UHGV virus genome: UHGV-0103790
DNA: 47,038 bases
Source: a virus
Reading direction: 5' to 3' (one strand)
The notes under the pieces were generated by a model. That model ran no database searches. It worked only from the letters and a program-made list of their open reading frames with translations, and was not told the DNA's origin. Below, piece by piece: positions 10,398 through 18,237 of the stretch (positions within the stretch are counted from its first letter, which is position 1; every line of letters begins with the position of its first letter). A program made the position numbers and the translations under genes.

Positions 10398-10640
10398 ATG
10401 AAAACCATCGCTGAACAAATCAAAGAAATGGAAAAGAAGGCTCTTGATGCTCTTATTGAGCATATGGGAGGACAGGCATCGCTGGCGCGATGCCTTGGCG
10501 TTTCTCGTCAATCAGTAAACGAATGGGTTTCCCGTGGGCGCATCAGCGCAACGGCTGCCATAGAGGTAGATAAGCTAACCAACGGACTTTTTAAAAAGGA
10601 AGATTTGCGCCCAGCAGTTACTCAATGGAGAGCGAAATAA
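10398..10640 (+). CDS. XRE/Cro-type HTH transcriptional regulator
   Basis: Strong RBS AGGAGG before the ATG at 10398. HTH signature QASLARCLGVSRQSVNEWVSRG. Confidence 0.7.
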   Translation: MKTIAEQIKEMEKKALDALIEHMGGQASLARCLGVSRQSVNEWVSRGRISATAAIEVDKLTNGLFKKEDLRPAVTQWRAK

Positions 10641-12958
10641 TGACAGGATACAAGGATTATCACGCCGCAGGATTCCCTGTTATAGGAATCTACCCGATGG
10701 ATCATGACAGAAAATGCACCTGCGAGCGTCCTGAATGCGACGCAGCAGGCAAGCACCCCATAATGTCAAACTGGCAATGTGGAATCATATGGGAAGATGA
10801 CCAACTCGAAAACATGCGCGAGTTTGGCCAGCTAAACAGCTTCGGTGTGCTGGTCGATGGCTATCTTGTCGTGGATGTTGACCCGCGAAATGGTGGCAAT
10901 GAAGGGTATGAGGCGCTTTGCGAGGCGCTTGATATGGAGCTTGCCGATGAATCAGGATTTGTGGTGAACACTGGTGGTGGCGGAAAGCATATTTATTATA
11001 AATTGCCAAATGGAGTGAAGCTCAATTCTCACGACAAGCGATTCAAAGGAATTGACTTCAAGTCTTCAGGCTTCGTGATAGGGTGTGGATCATTCCATAA
11101 ATCAGGCAACTTTTATGAGGCTGAGCATGGCTCTCCGTCATCCATAACAGAGCCTCCGTCGTCACTTGTTGAGCTATTGCAACGAGCAGAGCGAGAGGAA
11201 TTTTCACTCGGTGCCGAATCATTTTCCATGCAGGAACTTCAGGACATGCTGAACCACATTAACTGTGGTGAAGATTATGAGGACTGGATTCGCGTTGGCA
11301 TGGCAATTCATGAGGCAACAGATGGTAACGGATTTGATTTGTGGGACTCATGGTCATCACGCTTCTCAAAGTATGACCCATCTGATATGGATTACCACTG
11401 GCACTCATATGGTAAGGGAAATGGGGACCGCGTCACTGCTGCTACTCTTGTTCATCTGGCGGAAGAGGGTGGATGGGTTCGTGCAGTATCATTTCAGGCG
11501 TCGCCAGAAGAGATTGCATTGCTTGAGAAGTTTGAGAAAAAAATGGCGATGGGCGTTGGTGAATGCCCCGTCGATTACAAATCTGTTGATGTGCGGTTTC
11601 CGCCAGGGTTCGTCGGAAAGTTGACGGAGTGGATTAACAGAAACTGCGCTGAGAAAAGAGAATATCTTGCAGCTCTGGCAGCCATCCATGCGGCATCAAT
11701 CATCTGCGGCGCCTCTTCAGATATTTACCTTACCAATCGTAAGGCTGTACCAAATCTTTTTTCTATTGGCATCGCCGGGTCTGGCTCAGGAAAGGGTGAC
11801 GTGCTTGCGGCCCTGCAAAAAATTATCGACTGCTCAGGACTCAGCAAGACAGTGGCCGGTAAAATCCGTTCTGAAAGAGCCATATATGAGGGGCTGGCAG
11901 CTAATCAGATGTTTAACCTCATTATGGATGAGATTGGCATCAAACTAGGCAGTGTGGTTGGACAAAAGGTCAGCGAGTACAACATGGCCACGGCTGGCGC
12001 ACTAATGGAGTCATACACAGCAGAAATACTGTACTGTGACCAGCGCATCACTGATGAATACGTCAAGCAGTTTGAAAAAAGGCTTGGCACTCTCATGATG
12101 ATGATCGAAGAAAACGAGTTGCAAGCAGACCCTGCCGATATTAAGCGTCAGTTTGAAGATGTGATTAGTCGTATAGATGGTGCGATACGAAATCCTTTCT
12201 TTTCCATGTTTGGTGTATCTACGGATGACCAGTTCAAAAAACTCATTACCGAAGAGAACATCAAATCAGGTCTCATGGGTCGCGCCATGATTATGCAGGA
12301 GCTTCAGGAAATCGCAGACGAAAACGAAGACGTGGAATACTGCGACCTGCCAATGCCCATGCAAATGACTATAAAAACAATAATAAATGGCACTACTGCT
12401 GGTTACAAAAACTGGACTGAATCAATCATAAGCAGCAAAGAAAGGCGAGCAATAAAGGCAACGCCAGAGGTTTCAGCGATGGCAAAAGAGTTTTTTTCAT
12501 GGCTCAAGATGATTGCCCGTCAGCACGTAGAAAATGGCACGGGTTATCAACCGTTGATTAACCGATGCGCTGTAAAGGTGGCGAAGATAGCCGGGATTCT
12601 TGCCTGCGATACTGGCGTTATTACAATGGAGCATCTACGGTACGCCGTTGCGCTCACCATCAAATCAACAAGCGATTTAATGATGCGGGCTGATAGTTTG
12701 TCAGGGGCTAACTCCAAGAGCAACGACAGGCGCGTAGAAGGGCTTGAATCGCTTGTCCGTGAGTACGTCAAGCGTGGAATGGCCCGCAAAGCGATCATCA
12801 TTGGCGTGGCCAAGGATGGAAACTATAAACGAGCTGACTCTGAGCGCATGCTGGACAAGCTCATTGAAGACGGCGAGGTTATTGAGGATAAAGAGGCCAA
12901 GCGTACAAGCAACCGGGCCATCATCTACAAATTAGTTAATGATGAGGTAAGCATATGA
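10640..12958 (+). CDS. primase-helicase (AEP prim-pol N-terminal domain plus SF3 / D5-like helicase)
   Basis: N-terminal VVDVDPRNGG...HIYYKL...GSFHKSG prim-pol motifs. Walker A GSGSGKGD in the C-terminal half. RBS GGAGAG before the ATG at 10640; an alternative ATG at 10625 exists. Confidence 0.75.
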   Translation: MTGYKDYHAAGFPVIGIYPMDHDRKCTCERPECDAAGKHPIMSNWQCGIIWEDDQLENMREFGQLNSFGVLVDGYLVVDVDPRNGGNEGYEALCEALDMELADESGFVVNTGGGGKHIYYKLPNGVKLNSHDKRFKGIDFKSSGFVIGCGSFHKSGNFYEAEHGSPSSITEPPSSLVELLQRAEREEFSLGAESFSMQELQDMLNHINCGEDYEDWIRVGMAIHEATDGNGFDLWDSWSSRFSKYDPSDMDYHWHSYGKGNGDRVTAATLVHLAEEGGWVRAVSFQASPEEIALLEKFEKKMAMGVGECPVDYKSVDVRFPPGFVGKLTEWINRNCAEKREYLAALAAIHAASIICGASSDIYLTNRKAVPNLFSIGIAGSGSGKGDVLAALQKIIDCSGLSKTVAGKIRSERAIYEGLAANQMFNLIMDEIGIKLGSVVGQKVSEYNMATAGALMESYTAEILYCDQRITDEYVKQFEKRLGTLMMMIEENELQADPADIKRQFEDVISRIDGAIRNPFFSMFGVSTDDQFKKLITEENIKSGLMGRAMIMQELQEIADENEDVEYCDLPMPMQMTIKTIINGTTAGYKNWTESIISSKERRAIKATPEVSAMAKEFFSWLKMIARQHVENGTGYQPLINRCAVKVAKIAGILACDTGVITMEHLRYAVALTIKSTSDLMMRADSLSGANSKSNDRRVEGLESLVREYVKRGMARKAIIIGVAKDGNYKRADSERMLDKLIEDGEVIEDKEAKRTSNRAIIYKLVNDEVSI

Positions 12959-13338
12959 TCCGCGTAATTCAGCAAAGCGATATTTTTGCATACAGCCAGT
13001 ATGAAGCTGAGTGCGAGCCAGAAGCAGCGCTAAACATGATGACTGGACGCAACCTGATGGAAGTCTACTATCACAGCGTGCCAGTGTTCCGATGCAATAT
13101 GGGTCACAGCATAGAGGATGATGTATTTTTCTGCCGCATAAACTACAAGGGCAACACCGCTTTCATTTCACAGCCTTATCGTGATGTGGCGAAAAAGTGC
13201 GGCAAGTGGACTCCCGATGAGCATTTCGCTGGAAATGCCGTGGCAAACTTCTGCGATGCGTTTGGCGTCAACAGGGAAGAACTGAAGAGACACCTTGACG
13301 CGAGGCGAGCCAGAGACAGCGCGGTTAGTCCGTTTTGA
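12955..13338 (+). CDS. hypothetical protein
   Basis: 127-aa ORF with ATGA overlap to the primase gene, followed by a strong terminator. Confidence 0.5.
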   Translation: MIRVIQQSDIFAYSQYEAECEPEAALNMMTGRNLMEVYYHSVPVFRCNMGHSIEDDVFFCRINYKGNTAFISQPYRDVAKKCGKWTPDEHFAGNAVANFCDAFGVNREELKRHLDARRARDSAVSPF

Positions 13339-13348
13339 TGAAAAAAAG

Positions 13349-13373
13349 AAGCCCACGTAAGTGGGCTTTTTTG
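13349..13373. terminator. bidirectional rho-independent terminator
   Basis: AGCCCAC-gtaa-GTGGGCT hairpin followed by TTTTTTG on the plus strand and an A-run on the other side. Confidence 0.7.
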
Positions 13374-13934
13374 TTAATCAAACTGCGTTAGGTTGTATTC
13401 TGTAACGTTTTTGTACTGCTTTAGTACGACGTCATGCGGTACACCACTTTCTTTTATTGCTGCCTCTATCACAGCATTTTTATCGGTTGTATTTTTCATT
13501 ATCTCAATAATGATACCTCTAACCATCCTCGCTCTGGCAAGATGCTCATCAGGCGGGAGCTTTGAGTCTTTCCTGATTTCTGGCTTAGAACTATCATCCA
13601 CTGACCCCAGGACGTAGACTATTGCTCTGTTGCTGCCTATCTTTCTATTGCTATCAATCTTTATGGAACCATCAGCAACCATAAGACTGAGTATTTCTGA
13701 AACCTTTGTTTTGCTGGCGCTCTCTATACCAGCCGCCGTTGAAATCAATTTTTTCTTTGTCATCCCACCAGAGTCTCTGACAAGAGAGATGATTCTCTCC
13801 CTTACCGCAGAATCTTTATCAGTCCTTGTGGTTGATAACATCTCAACGACAGAAAGTATTCTTGATCTCATGTTACCAATGTCTTTTTCATAGGTAGCCT
13901 GCATTAACATAAAAACAACTGCATCTTTTTTCAT
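13374..13934 (-). CDS. tandem winged-helix DNA-binding protein (candidate early regulator or origin-binding protein)
   Basis: Two repeated segments of the pattern ...AVRERIISLVRDSGGMTKKKLI... and ...VSEILSLMVADGSIKI...AIVYVL. ATG at 13934 with RBS GGAGG; the listed ORF start is a GTG. Adjacent to the AT-rich iteron region. Confidence 0.45.
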   Translation of the reverse strand: MKKDAVVFMLMQATYEKDIGNMRSRILSVVEMLSTTRTDKDSAVRERIISLVRDSGGMTKKKLISTAAGIESASKTKVSEILSLMVADGSIKIDSNRKIGSNRAIVYVLGSVDDSSKPEIRKDSKLPPDEHLARARMVRGIIIEIMKNTTDKNAVIEAAIKESGVPHDVVLKQYKNVTEYNLTQFD

Positions 13935-13949
13935 CGTCGCCTCCACTTG

Positions 13950-14480
13950 TTTAGGTAAACAATCTAACCTAAAATCAACGCAAAGTAAATGTGAGCTTTA
14001 GAGAATTTCTTATGAAAAAAAACAGCATAATGAAGAACCCTTTAATCATGCGGGTTGCGTGGATTTTTTTGTGTGGTATCATTTTCTACTTAAGCAGCAA
14101 GAACCATCCATGAAAGAAGAGAAGACTTTCAAAATGACTTTCGAAATCATCATTAATTCTTGATTTTTAAGAAAAAAAAATCCGAAAGCCTAAAAACCGA
14201 AAGATTCTCAATCAAAATCCAAAAAAAATAATCGACCTTTAGAAAGTAAATTCCTTAAGTTTTTTTGGTTTTTCGGTCTTTAGGCCTGAAACCCGCATCA
14301 ATGCTCACTTCTTAAAGTCGTCAAACAAAAATCGTTCGGGACGGTAGAGCCCCTATAAGACCTTTTTTCTCCTCCACTACTTACTAATTATTTATATATA
14401 AACAATAGACTTTAAAACCTCTTAGAGATATAGTAACTTGCGTTACAAAACTATTAGTTTGCTATTGTTTATTTATTTTC
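13950..14480. promoter_or_regulatory. AT-rich region with iteron-like repeats and inverted repeats (candidate origin / early control region)
   Basis: Tandem GACTTTCAAAAT/GACTTTCGAAAT repeat. Repeated (A)AAACCGAAAG units with an inverted partner ggtttttcgg. An 11-bp inverted repeat ATAAACAATAG (14404 and reverse complement at 14466) plus a TAAACAAT copy at 13971. Many A/T runs. Confidence 0.45.
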
Positions 14481-14489
14481 ATCATCATA

Positions 14490-14518
14490 TTGACGTAGAT
14501 TGAGCGCCATCGTATAGT
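14490..14518 (+). promoter_or_regulatory. near-consensus sigma70 promoter containing the conserved TTGACGTAGATT motif
   Basis: TTGACG (14490-14495), 17-bp spacer, TATAGT (14513-14518), about 30 nt upstream of the RBS and ATG at 14550. Confidence 0.65.
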
Positions 14519-14549
14519 TACCACACCAACAACAAAGAGGTGATGAAAG

Positions 14550-14657
14550 ATGAGTAAGAAAACACAATTTTCAGTAAGTAACTTCCATAATGAGCATGTC
14601 ATGCGCTGGCACTGGCAGAAACTCAAAGGTCGCTACCTTGCACGGCAGGGCAAATAA
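14550..14657 (+). CDS. small basic hypothetical protein (35 aa)
   Basis: RBS AAGAGG 10 nt upstream of the ATG; first ORF downstream of the strong promoter. Confidence 0.4.
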   Translation: MSKKTQFSVSNFHNEHVMRWHWQKLKGRYLARQGK

Positions 14658-14703
14658 ATAACATAGCGCCACTTCGGTGGCGCATAACCAGAGGTGATAA
14701 AGA

Positions 14704-14889
14704 ATGACCAAAGCAATCTACACGCGCACTCAACTTGAACCAGAAATGGGCGCAGTGAAAGCGCAAAACTTTATGATGGCTCAGGCAATGCATGCATACA
14801 GCAACGGCAAGAGAGTCTGTCGCGTTTTCAGTGGTGAAGGCAAGCGCAGAACACTAGAGCATGTTATCGTGTCATCTGGTGGAAACTAA
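14704..14889 (+). CDS. hypothetical protein
   Basis: 61-aa ORF with RBS AGAGGTGA before the ATG. Confidence 0.45.
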   Translation: MTKAIYTRTQLEPEMGAVKAQNFMMAQAMHAYSNGKRVCRVFSGEGKRRTLEHVIVSSGGN

Positions 14890-14904
14890 ACCGGTTTAGC
14901 AACG

Positions 14905-15183
14905 ATGAATAAATTACTGGCAGTGGTTTTACTGGTTATCGCTAACGCGGCAAGCGCAGAGACTATATGAGTCACGAAGTACGCGCTTACCCGTGGTATT
15001 CAGAGGTACGAAAGCGCACAGCTGTTTGCTGATGGACAGGTAGCTGTAGTTGGCGATGTTTACTTTAAACGTGGTGAATACTGGCTTGATGAGCAGCAGG
15101 CAAAAGAGCATGCAGAGACTTTGCGGCAACGCCGTGTATCTGCACTGATGCGTGAGCTTGAGCGTTTGCAGGCGGTTAAGTGA
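14905..15183 (+). pseudogene. signal-peptide ORF interrupted by an in-frame TGA (readthrough candidate or disrupted gene)
   Basis: ATG at 14905 encodes MNKLLAVVLLVIANAASAETI, then TGA at 14968-14970. The same frame stays open for 71 more codons to the TGA at 15181 with no internal start codon. Confidence 0.3.
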
Positions 15184-15189
15184 GGATTT

Positions 15190-15474
15190 ATGGATATCGA
15201 AATTAACGAAGTTCAGGAAATTATTAAAAATCTTGAGAGCGTTGGTGAAATCTCAATCAAAGAGGGAAAATACCTCAAGGTGGCAAAGCTGTGCGTGCAG
15301 CTGGCTGCGGAGAATGTGGCGTTGAAGGAGGCATGTGGCGGCAATGGAAGTTATCGCAACTGCCCAGCTTGCACATTCTCTGAATACATTGAGGCACCGG
15401 AAACCCCCGCCACCGATCGCATTGTTGAGGTAAACATTCCTCGCGCCTCTGGCATCAAGGTGGAGGCTGAGTGA
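15190..15474 (+). CDS. hypothetical protein
   Basis: 94-aa ORF with RBS GAGGA. Its stop overlaps the start of the next gene (TGATG). Confidence 0.5.
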   Translation: MDIEINEVQEIIKNLESVGEISIKEGKYLKVAKLCVQLAAENVALKEACGGNGSYRNCPACTFSEYIEAPETPATDRIVEVNIPRASGIKVEAE

Positions 15475-15854
15475 TGGCACTAACCAAAAAACAGCGCGCA
15501 GAACTGCGCATGAAGTTTGGCGGGCGCTGCGCTTACTGTGGCTGTGAGCTTGGCGATAAATGGCACGCTGACCACGTCGAAGCAGTACGAAGGAATATCA
15601 GCAATGGCTACGCAATGGACCGGCCTGAAAACGATACGGTCAGCAACATAGTTCCAGCATGCATACCCTGCAACCTGTTCAAAATGTGCAGCACGGTTGA
15701 GGATTTTCGCAATCGCATTGCAACTCAGGTTGATGTGACTCGCCGGGCATCGAGAAGCTACCGCACAGCTGAATCATTCGGCCTGGTTCAACCAACTAAC
15801 GCGCCGGTAGTATTCTGGTTCGAAAAGTATCAGTCAGAAGGAGCCAACCAATGA
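15474..15854 (+). CDS. HNH endonuclease
   Basis: CAYCGC...HADH...N...PACIPCN HNH motif set. ATG at 15474. Confidence 0.7.
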   Translation: MALTKKQRAELRMKFGGRCAYCGCELGDKWHADHVEAVRRNISNGYAMDRPENDTVSNIVPACIPCNLFKMCSTVEDFRNRIATQVDVTRRASRSYRTAESFGLVQPTNAPVVFWFEKYQSEGANQ

Positions 15855-16072
15855 CCAAATATGAATTACTCGACTCAAAAATAATGAGCAAAATTGATGC
15901 GCATCCTATGCCATTTTCCAGCCTGTACGTCATGGATGTAGCAGAAGAATGCAGCCGCATCGCAAAGGATGAGAATAAGCCAGAACCTTTCCGCATTCTC
16001 GATCGCCGGCTTCAGGCGTTACGTAAATCGGGAAAGATCCGCAGTACATCCAAAGGCTGGGTGAGGGCTTAA
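15851..16072 (+). CDS. hypothetical protein
   Basis: 73-aa ORF with ATGA overlap to the HNH gene. Confidence 0.45.
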   Translation: MTKYELLDSKIMSKIDAHPMPFSSLYVMDVAEECSRIAKDENKPEPFRILDRRLQALRKSGKIRSTSKGWVRA

Positions 16073-16075
16073 CTA

Positions 16076-16687
16076 ATGACCAGCAAATTAACCAGAGAGC
16101 GCCTGGAAGAAATTGTCAGCGACCCAATGATTAATCAGGGTAGCGAGTTTGCGATGATGGCCCGCATGGTGCTGGCAGCAATGGACAGCGAGCCGGTGAT
16201 TGTTGTTGGCGATGATGGAGGGGATGCGCTTTCTTATCGCCGCCTTATCCAGTCCTTTGAGCCTGGCACTAAGCTCTATCGCCACGCGCAGCCAGCACCG
16301 GTATCTCCGGAGGAAATGACACCAGAGCAGGCATATGAAATAGGTGATTACCACGGAGACCCGGTAGACGTGTTTGCACGTGGAGCTAACTGGATGCGCC
16401 AGCATATCATCGACTCCACGTTAGCAGCTGGCCAGCAGTCACCCGGAAGTGAACCGGCCACCGTTCCGGGGAAATGGATTCCGGTAAGCGAACGGATGCC
16501 ATTGACCCCTTCTGCTGATTGCGAATACAGTGACATTGAAGTTAATGTATTTGATGGAGAGCTCGTATTCACTGCTCACTACGCAACTGGTTCGCAGCCT
16601 CACCCTTGGGGTTACTGGGTAGATACATACGCAAAGATAACCCACTGGCAACCTCTGCCATCAGCTCCGCAGGAGGATAAACAATGA
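16076..16687 (+). CDS. DUF551 domain protein
   Basis: C-terminal WIPVSERMP...THWQPLPSAP matches the DUF551 signature. Confidence 0.55.
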   Translation: MTSKLTRERLEEIVSDPMINQGSEFAMMARMVLAAMDSEPVIVVGDDGGDALSYRRLIQSFEPGTKLYRHAQPAPVSPEEMTPEQAYEIGDYHGDPVDVFARGANWMRQHIIDSTLAAGQQSPGSEPATVPGKWIPVSERMPLTPSADCEYSDIEVNVFDGELVFTAHYATGSQPHPWGYWVDTYAKITHWQPLPSAPQEDKQ

Positions 16688-16776
16688 AACCCTACATCAT
16701 CCTCAGACTTATTGCAGCGTCACTGTTGGCATTCCGGATTGCTGTTGCGTTAGTCATCTGGTTTATTGTGAGGTGA
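16684..16776 (+). CDS. small hydrophobic membrane peptide (30 aa)
   Basis: ATGA overlap with the upstream gene; sequence MKPYIILRLIAASLLAFRIAVALVIWFIVR is one transmembrane helix. Confidence 0.35.
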   Translation: MKPYIILRLIAASLLAFRIAVALVIWFIVR

Positions 16777-16779
16777 TTT

Positions 16780-16938
16780 ATGCTGTGGAGCGACATTCAG
16801 GCTGCATGCGAAGAGGCTGACTTTCTTTATGAGGAGACTGGTAAGCATCATGCAGTCATTCAGGTTGGCAGCATGATGATGGTGGTTGAGCATAACAGCA
16901 TGCTTCGGCATATGTACTCAACGACGAGATATCAGTAA
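16780..16938 (+). CDS. hypothetical protein (52 aa)
   Basis: RBS GAGGTGA before the ATG at 16780. Confidence 0.4.
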   Translation: MLWSDIQAACEEADFLYEETGKHHAVIQVGSMMMVVEHNSMLRHMYSTTRYQ

Positions 16939-17094
16939 TGCCGCAAAAATCAAAGCAGGAGGTGTGGCAGAAGGCTCGGCTAGAAGGCGTCGACCGCTTC
17001 ATAGCAGCAATCGCCAAAGCCTTTCCTGATGCTATTGAGGTGGTTCATGTTAAATCCCCACGCAATGATTTGTGGTGCAGGAGCGGTAAGTGTG

Positions 17095-17580
17095 ATGAAA
17101 AGAATAGACTGGAATGAGCTGTTTGAATACAACAACGGAAACCTGATATGGCGCGAGGATGATGGCCGCAAGGCAAGAAAAGGTAAGGTTGCAGGCCACT
17201 CAGGGTCAAAAGGATATACATCTATTTGGTGCTCTGGACGAAAATACTTTGCGCACAGAATCATATGGGAAATGCATAATGGCCCTATAACTGGCGGATT
17301 GGAGATTGACCATATAAACCATAACCCTGGTGATAACAGGATTGAAAATCTCAGGCTGACAAATAGGGGAGGGAATCTAAAAAACAAATCCAAGTACTCT
17401 AGCAATAGTAGTGGAGTAACTGGGGTACACTGGAGGAAGGATAAGCGAAAGTGGCAAGCAAAAATAAGGGTTAACAAGAAGTTCATACATCTTGGATATT
17501 TCAACGACATACTTGATGCGGAGCTGGCAAGAAAGAAAGCAGAAGAAGAGTATGGGTTTCACGATAATCATGGTGTATAA
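17095..17580 (+). CDS. HNH homing endonuclease with AP2-like DNA-binding domain
   Basis: IDHINHNPGDNRIENLRL HNH motif. C-terminal SGVTGVHWRK...HLGYFND...AELARKKAEEEYG AP2-type domain. ATG at 17095 with RBS AGGAG. Paralog of 41632-42117. Confidence 0.8.
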   Translation: MKRIDWNELFEYNNGNLIWREDDGRKARKGKVAGHSGSKGYTSIWCSGRKYFAHRIIWEMHNGPITGGLEIDHINHNPGDNRIENLRLTNRGGNLKNKSKYSSNSSGVTGVHWRKDKRKWQAKIRVNKKFIHLGYFNDILDAELARKKAEEEYGFHDNHGV

Positions 17581-17614
17581 TAGTTTCATCGATCATCACC
17601 TCACCACCCTTTAA

Positions 17615-17640
17615 GCCAGCATTGCGCTGGCTTCTTTTTT
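17615..17640 (+). terminator. rho-independent terminator
   Basis: GCCAGC-attgc-GCTGGC hairpin followed by TTCTTTTTT. Confidence 0.65.
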
Positions 17641-17652
17641 ATCTACGCCATG

Positions 17653-17661
17653 TGGTAAGAT
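17653..17661 (+). promoter_or_regulatory. extended -10 promoter (TGgTAAGAT) for the packaging operon
   Basis: TGGTAAGAT directly after an ATCTACGCCATG motif copy. The predicted transcription start lies downstream of the ATG at 17662, which favours the ATG at 17698 as the small terminase start. Confidence 0.4.
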
Positions 17662-17697
17662 ATGTCCTATGTGAGTTACTTAAAGGACACATATAAA

Positions 17698-18138
17698 ATG
17701 GCAAATCCGAACCCTAAGCACAAATTTTCATCCAGTAATCAGCCACCACCAAGAGGAAAAAGCTACAGAACAGTGCTTCTTGAAGCATTGCGCGCTGCAA
17801 ATACGCCGATGAATGAGATTGAATTCGTCACGTACTACATCAACAAGGCGATGACATGCGAAGATGCTCAGGCTACCGGCATGCTGCGCGAAATATTCCT
17901 GCGACTGAACCCAATTCCAAAACCTGTAGCGCCTCCTGTTGAGTTTGATTTCCCTGCCGACGGCACACCTGTACAGAAGATGGATGCGATTATCAAGGGC
18001 GTCTCTACTGGCGTTGTTCCAGCCGACATTGGCAAGATGATGGCAGACATTCTGAAGGCTGGGCTTGATATCGAAGAAGTAACAGAGCTCGCCGCACGCC
18101 TTGAGCGACTGGAGAAATTACTGGAGCAGCAACAGTAA
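17698..18138 (+). CDS. putative terminase small subunit
   Basis: Immediately upstream of the large terminase. Basic N-terminus, C-terminal coiled-coil. RBS AAAGGA. Confidence 0.45.
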   Translation: MANPNPKHKFSSSNQPPPRGKSYRTVLLEALRAANTPMNEIEFVTYYINKAMTCEDAQATGMLREIFLRLNPIPKPVAPPVEFDFPADGTPVQKMDAIIKGVSTGVVPADIGKMMADILKAGLDIEEVTELAARLERLEKLLEQQQ

Positions 18139-18237
18139 CTGATTTATAATAATCAATGCGGCTAGGGGGCACCCGAAAAGCGACTCATCACCGCCTGCCG
18201 CATTCACTTCAATGATGCCCTGATGAGGAATCTATAT

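Noticed and set aside
14929-15129. 66-aa minus-strand ORF opposite the signal-peptide/TGA locus
   Set aside because: It needs a TTG start with no RBS and runs antisense to a frame that stays open with protein-like composition.
16938-17114. 58-aa ORF overlapping the start of the AP2-HNH gene
   Set aside because: It overlaps the well-supported HNH start (ATG 17095 with RBS) in another frame. It could be real, but the evidence is only an ATG sharing a TAATG overlap, so it was not listed.
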